Shown here one piece after another: positions 1 to 11,327 of a stretch of 64,000 bases of DNA. The position numbers were made by a program, and so were the translations under genes. The stretch comes from Pedosphaera sp. (lineage in GTDB: Bacteria > Verrucomicrobiota > Verrucomicrobiia > Limisphaerales > SIBH01), in the NCBI GenBank assembly GCA_031414955.1, contig JANOQV010000102.1, forward strand, positions 23,774-87,773. Direction: 5' to 3'. Position 1 is the stretch's first letter, and each line of letters begins with the position of its first letter. The notes under the pieces are model-generated. The model saw nothing but the letters and a program-made list of their open reading frames with translations. It was not told the DNA's origin and ran no database searches.

Positions 1-345
1 GGCCGTGGGGTCGAGCAGCGCATCGAGTTGCGGGTGCAACCAGAACAACACCGCCAGTGTCACGGCCAGCGCCGTCCATGATATTGCCGCCACACGGAAC
101 CAGCGCCGGGATTTCGCACGGCGCACGGCGACGACCTGCCATGCCAGCGCGACGAGAGTGATAGCACCGAGCACGTTGAGTTTGTTCGTCACTTGCTGCG
201 TGATGAAGCCCTGCCGCACCTTGCTTCGCAGAACGTGGTGTCCGGTCGGCACAACCACCAGCGCGTAGAAGGTGAAGCCGCCCCACCACACGGCGAGCAG
301 CAATAGGACGGACAGGAATCGTAGCCGGGCGAACACTGGCAACAT
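1..345 (-). CDS. Membrane protein, runs off the left edge (partial)
   Basis: Read manually from ATG at 345: MLPVFARLRFLSVLLLLAVWWGGFTFYALVVVPTGHHVLRSKVRQGFITQQVTNKLN... with several hydrophobic helices. Starts 3 nt after the stop of the 348..1607 ORF. Confidence 0.7.
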   Translation of the reverse strand, partial: MLPVFARLRFLSVLLLLAVWWGGFTFYALVVVPTGHHVLRSKVRQGFITQQVTNKLNVLGAITLVALAWQVVAVRRAKSRRWFRVAAISWTALAVTLAVLFWLHPQLDALLDPTA

Positions 346-347
346 CC

Positions 348-1607
348 TCAGAAATTCCAGACGAGGTAGAACTGCCCGGATGGGTTTGGCCCGCCGCGCT
401 TTTCATCGACGAGGGTGCGGCTGATAGATGCCTTGAGCGCCCAATGTTCGTTGAAGGTGTAGATGGCACCGAGCGTGGTCAGCCATTGATGGTTCTCGCG
501 GTCGTCGATGGGCGTGTAGCCAAAAATCTCCGTGCCGAGCGCGAAGTGGCTGTTGAAGTTGTAGAGCGTGCCGACGCCGTAGTAGCCCACGTCGCTCGCC
601 TTCTTGTCGAAGGCCATCTGGTAGCCGACTTCGCCCCAGTTGTAGAAACGCCCGATGTTCTTGCCGAATTGCAGCGGCAGTTGCGCCCGATACACGCCAT
701 CGCCCAAGCCACGGCTTTCATCTGACGTGGGGAAGAATGCTTTGGGCGCGATGCCAACAGCCGGAAACCAACTGTTGGTGTCCTGATTGATGAAGCGCCA
801 TTTGATTTTGAATTCGGTGTCGGCAAAACCCGTCACGCTGGGGCCGGTGCGCGGTTCGAGGATGCGCCCGGCCAACGTGAGGTTCAGCCGCACTTGCGGG
901 ACGATGGCGTAATTCAAATCGAGGATGGGCGCGGCCCACACGTTGCCGCCCGAATTGTGCTCGGCTGCAAAGCCATACTTGATTTCCCAGCCCGGCGAGA
1001 ACTCCGGGTCATCCGTGTAGAATGGGGAATCGGCGCGGGCGTGGAAGGCCAAGGTGGAGAGCGCCAGCATCCAGAAAACCTTCCTGAGTCCCGTCGCCTG
1101 CTTCGGGCGCATCCGCCAGTAAACGACAAGGCCGGTGATAGTCATCACGATGAGCGCGACGCCCCACCCCACGCCCAGAATCATCCCGCCATCGCCGAGC
1201 GCCTCGCCGGAGTGAAGTTTGAGGATGAAAGAATCGTCGTCGTAGTCGTCTTCCTTGACCACGGCGGCGGTGTTGGCGTTGACGACGAACTTGCGGGCGG
1301 ACTTCTCCTTCGTGCCGCCCATGTAGAAGGTGATGGTGGGTGCGTCGCCCTTGAGTTGCCATTGGATTTTGTCGAGCGGTTGGTCGGCTGTCTTGGCGGC
1401 AACCGTGGCTTGGGCCAGCGCCAGCTTCGCGCTCAACTCGGCGGCAGGCGTTTGCGCGGTCACTTTTGAAACCGTGTCGCGCAGCTTCTCGCGCAACGCT
1501 TCTTCCTCGCCAAAAAAGCGCACGCATTCCAGCCAGATGCCGGTGAAGGCCGTGACGATGAAGAACACGGCGGCGACGAGTCCAATCCAACGATGCCATT
1601 TACGCAT
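348..1607 (-). CDS. PepSY-associated TM-helix protein fused to an outer-membrane beta-barrel-like domain
   Basis: N-terminal WHRWIGL and LKLHSGE motifs typical of PepSY_TM proteins. A second signal-peptide-like segment (MLALSTLAFHARA, ATG at 1070) is followed by amphipathic beta strands ending in ...YLVWNF. Confidence 0.7.
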   Translation of the reverse strand: MRKWHRWIGLVAAVFFIVTAFTGIWLECVRFFGEEEALREKLRDTVSKVTAQTPAAELSAKLALAQATVAAKTADQPLDKIQWQLKGDAPTITFYMGGTKEKSARKFVVNANTAAVVKEDDYDDDSFILKLHSGEALGDGGMILGVGWGVALIVMTITGLVVYWRMRPKQATGLRKVFWMLALSTLAFHARADSPFYTDDPEFSPGWEIKYGFAAEHNSGGNVWAAPILDLNYAIVPQVRLNLTLAGRILEPRTGPSVTGFADTEFKIKWRFINQDTNSWFPAVGIAPKAFFPTSDESRGLGDGVYRAQLPLQFGKNIGRFYNWGEVGYQMAFDKKASDVGYYGVGTLYNFNSHFALGTEIFGYTPIDDRENHQWLTTLGAIYTFNEHWALKASISRTLVDEKRGGPNPSGQFYLVWNF

Positions 1608-1750
1608 GACGATTTCTCAGCGGTGCAAGGTTTTGCTTCAACCCCGCGTGTGCTTCGGCGCGACGTGCGCCGGTTGACCACGCTTGCGGGACGGAGAGCA
1701 GCCTGCGCGGGCGCGGCTGTCGCCAACCTGACGCCCAGATAACAAACGTG

Positions 1751-3217
1751 TTATCTGGGGGAGGCGGAGTCGGGAGGGAAGTGAAGGGTGAAATCACTGC
1801 CGCGCCCCACATCGCTTCGCACGGTGACGGTGCCGCCGTGGAGCGACATGATGGATTTCACAATGGAGAGGCCGAGGCCAGAACTGCCGGACTGCTGTGA
1901 CCGGGCCGGGTCGAGACGGTAGAAGCGGTCGAAAATTTTCGGAACGTGCCCGGCGGCGATGCCGGAGCCGGTGTCACTGACCGTGAGTTCAACGCTGCCG
2001 TCGCGCTGCGGGCTGGCGCAAAGGCGAATCGTCCCGCCGCGTGGTGTGGCGTTGAGCGCGTTTGCCAGCAGATTGCTCACGGCCTGCCGGAGCAGCGTGG
2101 GGTCGGCTTCCACCATCGCCTCACCCTCGCAGGTGACTTGCACGCCACGGTCATCCGCGAGCGCCTCGTAGTATTCGCGCACGGCCTCGATGGCGGCACG
2201 AGCGTCGCATGTGGAGAGGGAGACGCTCGCCGCCGGGCTGTCCGCCCGCGCCAGAAAGAGCAGATTCTCGATGAGCCGGGACAGGCGGGCGTGTTCTTCG
2301 AGGCTCGATTCGAGCACGCGCCGGTATTCTTCCGGCGAGCGGGTTTGCGAGAGGGCCACGCCCGCCTCGCCGCGCAGGTTGTTGATGGGCGTGCGTAGTT
2401 CATGCGCGAGGTCGCCGGAAAATTGCGATAACCGTGCGAATGAATCTTCCAGCCGGTCGAGCATCCGGTCGAAACCCGTGGCGAGTGCAACAAGTTCCTT
2501 GGGCCAGCCGTCCGCCACGATGCGCTCGTGCAACTGGCTTGCGCTCACGCGCTCCGTGGCCTGCGCCATTTCCTCCAACGGCTGCAATCCCTTCCTCGCG
2601 ATGAACACACCGGCGGCGCAGGAGAACAACATTCCGACCACCACGAGGGCCAGCAGTCGGCGGCGAAAGCCCACCATCAACGCTTCATCATTCGTCGCAT
2701 CCAGCGCAATCTCGATGAGGAACTGCTCGCTGCCAGCGGTGCCCACCTTGGCCCATGCCGACATCAGACGCAGTGACCTGCCGCCACTCAAATTCAATTC
2801 GATGCCTTCTTGTGGCAGGTCATCCGCGCTCGCGGGACGGGGGAACCTTGCGCCTGCCACGAGGTTGCTCATCCCCGGCGACTCGACGACCGGTTCGCGC
2901 TTCGAGTTGAGAACGCGCAAGTAGTATTGCAAGGGTCGCGGACTTGCGCCTGACGATTGGGCTTCCTCCTTGAGCAGCACCGTCTCCTGCGGGCGCTCGC
3001 GCAGCAGAGTTCGCAGCACGCGAATTTTGTCGGCGAGGAAGGCGTTGTCCTCGCGGTCGAGATTTCCCACGAGCGACCAATACAGATACGCCGTGGCCAG
3101 CACGAGCATCAGAAAACTCGACGCCGCGTAGAGCACCGTCAGCCGCCGGGAAATCGACCAGTGGCGGGCGTGGCGGCGCGGGGAGCGCAGGTTATTCGGC
3201 ACGTTCTTCGAGGACAT
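1751..3217 (-). CDS. Heavy-metal sensor histidine kinase (CusS/CzcS family)
   Basis: Two TM helices, HAMP region, H-box [14 protein letters not shown]-box NLLANA, G-boxes DTGSGI and GLGLSIV. Confidence 0.92.
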   Translation of the reverse strand: MSSKNVPNNLRSPRRHARHWSISRRLTVLYAASSFLMLVLATAYLYWSLVGNLDREDNAFLADKIRVLRTLLRERPQETVLLKEEAQSSGASPRPLQYYLRVLNSKREPVVESPGMSNLVAGARFPRPASADDLPQEGIELNLSGGRSLRLMSAWAKVGTAGSEQFLIEIALDATNDEALMVGFRRRLLALVVVGMLFSCAAGVFIARKGLQPLEEMAQATERVSASQLHERIVADGWPKELVALATGFDRMLDRLEDSFARLSQFSGDLAHELRTPINNLRGEAGVALSQTRSPEEYRRVLESSLEEHARLSRLIENLLFLARADSPAASVSLSTCDARAAIEAVREYYEALADDRGVQVTCEGEAMVEADPTLLRQAVSNLLANALNATPRGGTIRLCASPQRDGSVELTVSDTGSGIAAGHVPKIFDRFYRLDPARSQQSGSSGLGLSIVKSIMSLHGGTVTVRSDVGRGSDFTLHFPPDSASPR

Positions 3218-3869
3218 AGCCGACACCGCGCACGGTATGAATGAGTTTCTGCGGGAACGGGTCGTCCACCTTCAAGCGCAGACGGCGGATGGCGACTTCC
3301 AACACGTTCGAGTCGCTGTCGAAGTTCACATCCCACACCTGCTCAACGATGAGCGTGCGCGAAAGCGGTTCGCCTTGGCGGCGGACGAGCAGTTCCAGCA
3401 GCGAAAATTCCTTGGCGGTGAGGTCGAGTTTCGTCCCGGCGCGGAAGGCTTTGCGCCGGGGCGAATCAAGTTGCAGGTCGGCCACGCGCAGAACCTCGGC
3501 CTGCCGCACCGGCCCGCGCCGCAGAATCGTCCGCACTCGCGCCAGCAGTTCGGTGAAGTCAAACGGCTTGACCAGATAATCGTCCGCGCCCAATTCCAGC
3601 CCCTTCACCTTGTCGTGAACCATTTCCCGCGCCGTGAGGAACAGCACGGGCGTCTGCTTGCCCGCCCTTCGCAGCGCCGTCAGAATCGACCAGCCATCGC
3701 ATTCCGGCAGCATCACATCGAGGATGATGAGGTCGTTCTCGACCGTGAGCGCCTGATGCAGCCCGTCGTCGCCACGCGAGCAGACCTCGACCGTGAAGCC
3801 GTTTTCCGAAAGCCCCTGCCGGAGATAAGCCGCCGTCTTGGCTTCGTCTTCAATGACCAGCGCACGCAT
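3192..3869 (-). CDS. Heavy-metal response regulator (CusR/CzcR family, OmpR type)
   Basis: [30 protein letters not shown]. Overlaps the kinase start. Confidence 0.93.
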   Translation of the reverse strand: MRALVIEDEAKTAAYLRQGLSENGFTVEVCSRGDDGLHQALTVENDLIILDVMLPECDGWSILTALRRAGKQTPVLFLTAREMVHDKVKGLELGADDYLVKPFDFTELLARVRTILRRGPVRQAEVLRVADLQLDSPRRKAFRAGTKLDLTAKEFSLLELLVRRQGEPLSRTLIVEQVWDVNFDSDSNVLEVAIRRLRLKVDDPFPQKLIHTVRGVGYVLEERAE

Positions 3870-3968
3870 GTTGTCGTCGAGAGTATCCATGCGCTGGCTG
3901 AATGACAAACCTGCTGCTTCGGGTCGACAAGCTCGTCCCCGGCGGGTGCCCCCGTGTATTGTCTGGCG

Positions 3969-4505
3969 ATGAAGCTCTGGAAGAAGTTGCTGCTCGGTCT
4001 GCTCGCCCTCGTCGTGCTGTTGATGGTGGTTGGGTTCTTCCTGCCGTCACGCGCCCGCGTTGAGCGCGGCTTGAACATCCGGGCGACACCTGAAGTCCTC
4101 TTCCCGCGAGTCGCCACACTCACACGCTGGCCCGAATGGACAGCATGGACGACCAACCGCTTCCCGGACATGCGGACAAAATTCTCAGGAGCAGCGTCCG
4201 GCGTGGGCGCGGTGATGATGGCCGAGGGCAAGAGCAGCGGCGACGGCACCGTGACCATCACCCGCGCCGAGCCAGCCAAGGGCATCGGGTATGACCTCGA
4301 CTTCGAGCACGGCACGCAACTCTTTCACGGCAGCATCACGTTCAACACGACGAACGACGGGACGAAGGTTGTGTGGGTCGTCGAGACGGACATGGGCGCG
4401 AACCCGTTCAAGCGATGGGCCGGACTCGTGCTCGACAAACTCATGGGCGGCGACATGGCCGCAGGGCTGGGGAACTTGAAGCAGCAGGTCGAGTCCGTGA
4501 AGTGA
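3969..4505 (+). CDS. SRPBCC/polyketide cyclase-like protein with N-terminal membrane anchor
   Basis: N-terminal TM helix, WPEWTAW, C-terminal [13 protein letters not shown] helix typical of SRPBCC. Confidence 0.8.
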   Translation: MKLWKKLLLGLLALVVLLMVVGFFLPSRARVERGLNIRATPEVLFPRVATLTRWPEWTAWTTNRFPDMRTKFSGAASGVGAVMMAEGKSSGDGTVTITRAEPAKGIGYDLDFEHGTQLFHGSITFNTTNDGTKVVWVVETDMGANPFKRWAGLVLDKLMGGDMAAGLGNLKQQVESVK

Positions 4506-4536
4506 GTCGGTTTCTGAGAATCCACACCGGCACATT

Positions 4537-5586
4537 TCAATGCGTGTGCCGGTGATGAATGTCCGGGTAATGCGGATGCGTGTGGACAAGTTCCTCGTGA
4601 TGGTGCCGGTGCGTGTGCGGTTCGCCGGGTGGGTCATCTGGGCCGTGGACGTGCTGGTGGTGTTCGTCGTGCGTGTGCAGGTGCTCGTGCTCCATCGGTT
4701 CGTGCTGGTGTTCGTGACCATGACGTTCAGTGAGATGGAGCCAGACACCGAGCGCCATGAGCACGGCGGCGGCGATGAAGCCAATGGTCAGCATGTCGCC
4801 CAAGAACAAAATGGAGATGGCCGCGCCCACGAACGGCGCGATGGAAAAATACGCGCCTGTCCGCGCCGTGCCGATGTGCCGGAGCGCCAGCACGAACAAG
4901 GTCAGACTCACGCCGTAGCCGAAGAAGCCGACCACGCCGGTCGCCAGCAGTGATGACGCGGCGGGCAGTTTCGCACCGAGCGCCAGTGCCAGTCCCGTGT
5001 TCACGCTGCCCGCGACCAGTCCCTTGAGCATCGCGATTTGCACCGGGTCGCCCGCTGAAACTTTGCGGGTGAGATTGTTGTCGATGGCCCATGCAAGGCA
5101 CGCACCAACGATGGCCAGCGAACTCCACGGCACACCCGTTGTCGGTCGGCCAGTCCACGACAGGCTCACTCCACCGGCGGCGATGAGCGCCATGCCGAGC
5201 GCGATACGACGGTCGAAGTTTTCCTTGAAGACGAACCATGCCAGCAACGCCGTGAGCACGCCTTCGAGGTTGAGCAGCAGCGACGCGCTGGACGCCGGAG
5301 TTGCGGCCAGTCCCCACATCAGCAGCACTGGGGCAATGACACCACCGGCGAGAATCGCGCCTGCCAGCCAAGGCGCATCCTTGCGAGTCAGCGCCGCTTC
5401 ACGTCCAGCCGTGTCACTGCGGCGCGAGCGCAGAAATGAATACACCGCCAGCCCGACGCCGGAGCCGAGGTAGAGCAGTCCGGCCAGCATCAGTGGCGTC
5501 ATCTGCGGGAGCAGCGACTTCGCCAGCGGCGTGCTCGCGCCGAAAAGCAGCGCGGCCAGCAGTGCATAGAGAACGCCTTTGAACAT
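4537..5586 (-). CDS. EamA/DMT transporter with His-rich C-terminal tail
   Basis: MFKGVLYALLAALLFGAS..., about 10 TM helices, tail HEHLHTHDEHHQHVH...HYPDIHHRHTH. Confidence 0.88.
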   Translation of the reverse strand: MFKGVLYALLAALLFGASTPLAKSLLPQMTPLMLAGLLYLGSGVGLAVYSFLRSRRSDTAGREAALTRKDAPWLAGAILAGGVIAPVLLMWGLAATPASSASLLLNLEGVLTALLAWFVFKENFDRRIALGMALIAAGGVSLSWTGRPTTGVPWSSLAIVGACLAWAIDNNLTRKVSAGDPVQIAMLKGLVAGSVNTGLALALGAKLPAASSLLATGVVGFFGYGVSLTLFVLALRHIGTARTGAYFSIAPFVGAAISILFLGDMLTIGFIAAAVLMALGVWLHLTERHGHEHQHEPMEHEHLHTHDEHHQHVHGPDDPPGEPHTHRHHHEELVHTHPHYPDIHHRHTH

Positions 5587-5624
5587 CACAGTGATACTCG
5601 CATGAAGATGCTTGCTCCGCACGC

Positions 5625-8600
5625 TTACTCCACAACCGGCGCGGGGCCGGTGGAAGATGTGGCGGTCACACGCTTCTGCTTTTCGACCCAAGCGTAAAGC
5701 ACCGGCAGCAGCACCAGCGTCAGAAACGTGGAACTCAGGATGCCGCCGATGACGACCGTGGCGAGCGGCCTTTGCACTTCCGCACCCGCGCCGGTCGCAA
5801 GTGCCATCGGCACGAAGCCGAGCGAGGCCACGAGCGCGGTCATCAACACGGGACGCAACCGCGTGAGTGAACCTTCGATGACGGAATCGCGGACGGACTT
5901 CCCTTCTTCGCGAAGCTGGTTGAAGGACGAAATCATCACGAGGCCGTTCAGCACCGCCACGCCACTGAGAGCGATGAACCCGACCGCCGCCGTGATGCTG
6001 AACGGCATCCCGCGCAGCCATAGCGCGAGGACGCCGCCGGTCACGGCCAGCGGGATGCCAGAATAAATTAGCAACGCCTGCCGCAGCGAACCGAAAGCGA
6101 GGAAGATGAGAACGAAGATGAGCACCAGCGCCGAGGGCACGACGACGGCGAGCCGGGTGCGGGCTTCCTGCAAATTCTGGAACTGTCCGCCGAACTCGAC
6201 GAGGTAGTTCTCCGGGAATTTTACCTGCTCCTTGATGCGCTGTTCGGCGGCGTGGACGAAGCCTTCGATGTCGCGGGTGTTCAGGTTCACCATCAACGCG
6301 GCGCGGCGTTGTCCGTCGTCATGTTGAATCGGCTCGACGGTTTTCAGCGTCGAGAACCCGACCAGCTTGCCGAGTGGAATGAGGCCCGTCTCGCCCACGC
6401 GCACGGGCAGTTTTTTGATTTGCTCGTCGTCCACTCGAAGTTCCTCCGGCATCCGCACGATGATGTCGTGGCGCTTATTGCCTTCGACCACGGTTCCGGC
6501 GAACTGCCCCGCCAGCGCGGCATGGACGGCCTTGTTCACTTCTGCCGCTTGCAGCCCGTAGCGTTGCAGCGCGTCGTGGTTCACGTCGATTTGCAACTGC
6601 GGCGTGCGGCCTTCCGTCTCGAACTCGACCTGTGCTGCGCCGGGCGTCTTCTCAAGGATGCCCTTGATTTGTTCAGCCAGCATTTCGAGCACGTCGTAGT
6701 CGTTGCCGAAAACTTTCACCGCCAGTTCCGCCTTGGTGCCTTCGAGCATTTCGTTGAACCGCATCTCGATGGGCTGCGCGAACAGGATGTTGTAGTCCGG
6801 GTTGATTTTCTTGAGCGCGGCCTCGATGTGCTCGCGCAACTCGGCTTTGTTCTTCGGACGGCCCGGCGTCTTCGGCCAGTCGGCGAGCGGCTTGTAGAAA
6901 ATGTAAACGTCGCTTTCGTTCGGCGGCATCGGGTCAGTGGCGATGTCGCTCGTGCCGATGCGGGTGAAGACGCGGGTCAATTCTGGAAACTCCTTGGCCA
7001 GCATCCTCTCGACTTCGATGTCGGTGCGAAGGGATTCCTCCATGCTCATCCCGACCGGCTTGTAGAGCATCGAAGTGATGGAACCTTCGTCGAGCTTCGG
7101 CACGAACTCCGCGCCGAGCCGAGTGAACAACCAGAGCGAACCAGCGAAGAGCACGACTGCCGCAACCACCACCAGCCAGCGCAGACGGAGGGCGAACATG
7201 AGCGTCGGTTCATAAAGCCGCTTCACGGCGCGAATCATCACGTTGTCCCCTTCGTGAATGTGGCCGCGCAGCAAAAACGAACAGAGCACGGGCATCAACG
7301 TCAGCGCCAGCAAGAGCGCCCCGGCCAGCGCGAGCATCACGGTGAGAGCCATCGGGTGGAACATTTTCCCCTCGATGCCGGACCGCGCGATAATCGGAAT
7401 TTACACGACCGTGATGATGACGATGCCGAAGAACATCGGCGTGCCGACCTGTTTGCTGGCGGCGAGCACGGTCTTCATGCGCTCTTCCTCGGTGAGCGTG
7501 CGGCCAAGCTGGTGCTGTCGTTGGCCAAGCTGGCGAACGATATTTTCCACGATGACCACCGCGCCGTCGATGATGAGTCCAAAGTCAATCGCACCGAGGC
7601 TCATCAAGTTGCCGGAGATGCCGAAGCGAGCCATGCCCGTGAGCGCGAACAGAAACGAGAGCGGAATGGCGGTCGCCACGATGAGCGCAGCCCGCCAGTT
7701 GCCCAGCAACAGAAGCAGCACCACGACCACGAGCACCGCGCCCTCGAACAGATTCGTTTTGACGGTGTGAATGGTGCGGTCGATGAGTTCGGAGCGGTCG
7801 TATTGAATTGTGATTTCCACGCCGTCCGGCAGCTTGGTTTGAATCTCGGCCAGCCGCGCCTTCACCCGCTCGGCCACTTCGCGGCTGTTCTGGCCCGCGA
7901 GCATCATCGCGGTGCCAATGACCGTCTCGTGACCGTCGAGCGTGGCCGCGCCGGTGCGGAACTTCGTCCCGGTCTTCACTTCGGCCACGTCCCTGACGAG
8001 CAGCGGCTTCACGCCCGCGCCGAACTTCAATGGCAGTCGGGCGATGTCCTCGGCGCTGGTGACGCGGCTGACGGCGCGGATGGTGAGTTGCTGCCCGCCC
8101 CGGCTGATGATGCCGCCGCCCGCGTTCTCGACGTTCTGCGAAACGAGTTCGGCCAGTTCGCTGAACGTCATGCCTACGGCTTCCAAAGCTTCGGGTTTAG
8201 GCTGGATGACGAACTGTTTCTGATAGCCGCCGCTCTCATTGATGTCGGCGAGGCCATGCACGGTGCGGAGCAGCGGCTTGATGAGATAGGTCTGGATTTC
8301 ACTCAACTCGATGAGCTGCTCCAACTCGGTCGCGGGCTTGTTCGTCGCGTCCGCACGATACTGGACGTTGTAGTAAAGAATCTCGCCGAGTCCGGTGCTG
8401 ATGGGCGCGAGCTTCGGCGACGCGCCGGTGGGCAAACGCTCCGCCACGCCCTGCAACCGTTCCGCCACAAGCTGGCGGGCGCGATAGATGTCGGTGCCAT
8501 CGGCGAAGTTCAGCGTCACCTGTGAAAGTCCGAACTTGGTCAGCGACCGCATTTCTTCCACGCCGGGCAGACCGGCGAGTTCACGCTCGATGGGCTGCGT

Positions 8601-8795
8601 GACGAGCTTCTCCGATTCTTCGGCGGCGAGCGCCGGGACTTCCGTGTTGATTTGCACCTGAACGCCGGTGATGTCCGGCACGGCATCAATCGGCAGGTGC
8701 AACGCCGACCAAAGGCCCGTGCCAAACAAAGCCACGGCGACCAACAGAACGAAGGCGCGTTGGCGTAGGGCGAACTCAAGAATGCGGTCAATCAT
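5625..8795 (-). pseudogene. czcA: CusA/CzcA heavy-metal RND permease interrupted by one in-frame TAA (7401-7403)
   Basis: ORFs 7401..8795 and 5625..7364 are in the same frame. The junction reads IITVV*IPIIARSGIEGKMFHPMA. Motifs DAVPDIT, GAIDFGLIIDGAVVIVEN, RLRPVLMTA. Confidence 0.88.
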
Positions 8796-8816
8796 AACGG
8801 TGGATAAGTTTCGGGT

Positions 8817-9878
8817 TCACTTGGGCAGATGCCGCAGAGCTTGCAGGGCGAGAATGCAGCCAATGACGGCCAACACCGCGCAACTGGCGTATGGCAGCCT
8901 GCGAGTCAGCGGGCCGAGCCACGTCAGCTTCTTCGTGGCGTGCTTCACCGAAAGCGCGGCGAGCGTGCCGACGCCGACCAGCGTGAGCGCGAGTCCGACG
9001 CTGAACGCCAGCACGAGCGCGAAGCCGAGGGCGAACTCCTTGAGTTGCAGACAGACGAGCAGCACGGCGAAGGCGGACGGGCACGGCAGCAAACCGCCGG
9101 TCAGGCCGAACAGCACAATCTGCCATGTGGTCACGCGCCGGTTGGCGAAGCGCCGTTCGAGTTCGGCGGCGTGCGCGCGGGCGTGTTCGTCGTCGGGTTC
9201 ACCGTCGGCGTGATGGTGCTCCGCGAAAACTGTCGTCAAGGTGCGGTCGCCTTCGGTGTCAGGCACGACGAGTGTGAGCGAAAATTCATGCGGCTCCGGG
9301 ATGGCGCTGGTGGATTCGAGGAAGCTCTCCCGCTGCCGGAAGGCGAACGACTGCGTTGTCCCATCGGGCCGTGTGGTGACGAGCGTCACCCGTTCCGGCG
9401 CGGGCAGCGGCACGTCTCGGAAGCGAAGGCGGAAGCACGGCGGGATGCCGTCCTCGAAGATGGACAATTCCGCCGCGCCACTTTGCAGGGCGAAGACTCG
9501 TGATTCATCGCCGTGATGATGGTGAACGTGCGGTGCGCCTTTTTCGCGGCGGATACGCCAGAACATCCAAGCCGCCATGACGATGACGATGAGTCCCGTG
9601 GCGAGTTGAAAATACGCCTCGGTATCCTCGACCTTGAAACGGCCCGCGTAGTGCAGGCCCACCAAGGCCAGCCCCCAGATGACCGCCGTGTGCGACGCCG
9701 TGGCGGACAGGCCGAGCAACACCGCCTGCCGCACCGTGCCGCGAATGGAAATGATGAACGCGGCCATCATCGTCTTGCTGTGGCCCGGCTCCATTCCGTG
9801 CAGTGCGCCCAGCAGCACCGCGCTTGGAACGAACAGCCAAGCGTGGCCGCTAGTCAGCAAATTTTGAAAAGAAGTCAT
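8817..9878 (-). CDS. rcnA: Nickel/cobalt efflux transporter, RcnA-like, with an inserted soluble domain
   Basis: LGALHGMEPGHSKTMMAAF, His-rich loop, GLTGGLLPCPSA. Confidence 0.82.
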   Translation of the reverse strand: MTSFQNLLTSGHAWLFVPSAVLLGALHGMEPGHSKTMMAAFIISIRGTVRQAVLLGLSATASHTAVIWGLALVGLHYAGRFKVEDTEAYFQLATGLIVIVMAAWMFWRIRREKGAPHVHHHHGDESRVFALQSGAAELSIFEDGIPPCFRLRFRDVPLPAPERVTLVTTRPDGTTQSFAFRQRESFLESTSAIPEPHEFSLTLVVPDTEGDRTLTTVFAEHHHADGEPDDEHARAHAAELERRFANRRVTTWQIVLFGLTGGLLPCPSAFAVLLVCLQLKEFALGFALVLAFSVGLALTLVGVGTLAALSVKHATKKLTWLGPLTRRLPYASCAVLAVIGCILALQALRHLPK

Positions 9879-9882
9879 GGCG

Positions 9883-11271
9883 TCATTTCTCCTTCTTGTC
9901 GGAAATGGTCAGCGGGAGCGGCAGACCAGTGAGCAGTTCAAGATTCTGACCCGCTTCCAGCGCCTCGCGCTTGGTGTCGAGCAGCGCCTCGACGGCTTCG
10001 AGATATTGCTTCTGCAACTCCACGTAGGTCGCGATGGGCACCGCGCCGAGCCGGTAGTGGCGGTCGGCCAGTTCCGCCGCCTTGCGGAATTCATCCGCCG
10101 ATTCAGGACGCCACTTCGCCATCTCGCCGAGCTTGGTCTGATACGTGAGCGCGTTCTCGACCACGCGCCGCTCGATGTCGCGCTGCGTGACCAGCAGCGA
10201 AGTCTCAGCCTGCTTCTGCCGCGCCGTGGCCGTCTCGACGCTGCCCTTGTTCTTGTTCCAAAGCGGCAACGGCACCGAGACACCAATGCCGACTTGCTGC
10301 TCGCGGTCGCCCGCCCGCTCCTGCGAAAAATACGGCCCGACCGTGAACGCCGGATACTTCTCCTTCTGCGCCAGCGACACCTTGAAGCCCTGTTGTTCCA
10401 ACTCCACACGGCGCATCTGCAACTCGAAGTTGTTCGTCTGCGCCGCCGCCAGCAGCGCGTCCATCTCCGGCGCGGCGGTGAACGCCAGACCCGCCGGTTG
10501 AATTTTCATCGCCTGCGTCCACGGCACGCCGCGCAGTTGATTGAGTTCGAGCATCGCGGCCTGCGTCGCCAGCGTGGCCTCACTCGACTTGCGTTTGAGC
10601 GTGAGTTCCGTCGCCTCGATGATGCGCGTTTCTAGCAGCGGCGTCAGTCCAGCCGGGTCGCGTTGCACCATCACTTCGCGCAACTGCTGGAAACGGTCGG
10701 CCACTTCCTGCGCCGCCGCCGTCTTCTCCTGAGCGGCGAACAAAGTGTAAGCCAGTGTGCGTGTCCGCGCCGCCAGCGTGGCCTTGAACTGCGAGAGGCC
10801 GAGTTCCGCCACTTGCATCTGATGATTGGCGATGGCCTTCCGCAGCGGGATGCGCCCCGGCCATTCAATGGTCTGCTGCACGCTCACCGACCACGCCACG
10901 CCCTCGGCGGACAGTCCGCCGCCGCGCACGCTCTTTTGTCCGAGCGTCGAGGACAGTTCGGGATTGGCCCACGCCGCAGCGGTGCGACGCTCGCCCTTCG
11001 CGGCGGCGATTTCAGCGCGGTAGAAGTTGAGTTCAGGATTGTGCTCCACGACATCCGCGACCAGCGCCTCAAGCGCGGTGGACGGCGCGTTGGTGCTGGC
11101 CGGTGACGGCTCCGCGCTGTTGGAAACTGAGACGCCGCCCAGTCCGGTCAGCCACACGGCGACCAACCAGCGCGAGCAGGAAAGTTGAACAAAGATTCGA
11201 TTCACAAATGCAAAATGGTTTCTCGCCTTGATGGAATCCGCCCGGAACATGGCTCCGCCTGCAAGGCACAC
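9883..11271 (-). CDS. TolC/CzcC-family outer-membrane efflux protein (start uncertain)
   Basis: NPEL repeats, SVPLPLWNKNKG, YRLGAV; located in the efflux operon. Confidence 0.85.
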   Translation of the reverse strand: MCLAGGAMFRADSIKARNHFAFVNRIFVQLSCSRWLVAVWLTGLGGVSVSNSAEPSPASTNAPSTALEALVADVVEHNPELNFYRAEIAAAKGERRTAAAWANPELSSTLGQKSVRGGGLSAEGVAWSVSVQQTIEWPGRIPLRKAIANHQMQVAELGLSQFKATLAARTRTLAYTLFAAQEKTAAAQEVADRFQQLREVMVQRDPAGLTPLLETRIIEATELTLKRKSSEATLATQAAMLELNQLRGVPWTQAMKIQPAGLAFTAAPEMDALLAAAQTNNFELQMRRVELEQQGFKVSLAQKEKYPAFTVGPYFSQERAGDREQQVGIGVSVPLPLWNKNKGSVETATARQKQAETSLLVTQRDIERRVVENALTYQTKLGEMAKWRPESADEFRKAAELADRHYRLGAVPIATYVELQKQYLEAVEALLDTKREALEAGQNLELLTGLPLPLTISDKKEK

Positions 11272-11327
11272 AGGCAGAAATGGGCTTCACACGCCGAGCA
11301 ATCAGCGTGTCGGAACAGGGGGAAGGA

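Noticed and set aside
4537..6021. 494-aa version of the EamA gene
   Set aside because: The N-terminal extension overlaps czcA in another frame; the real start is most likely ATG 5586.
6252..8525. 757-aa + strand ORF
   Set aside because: Antisense shadow of czcA, typical of high-GC codon bias; no motifs.
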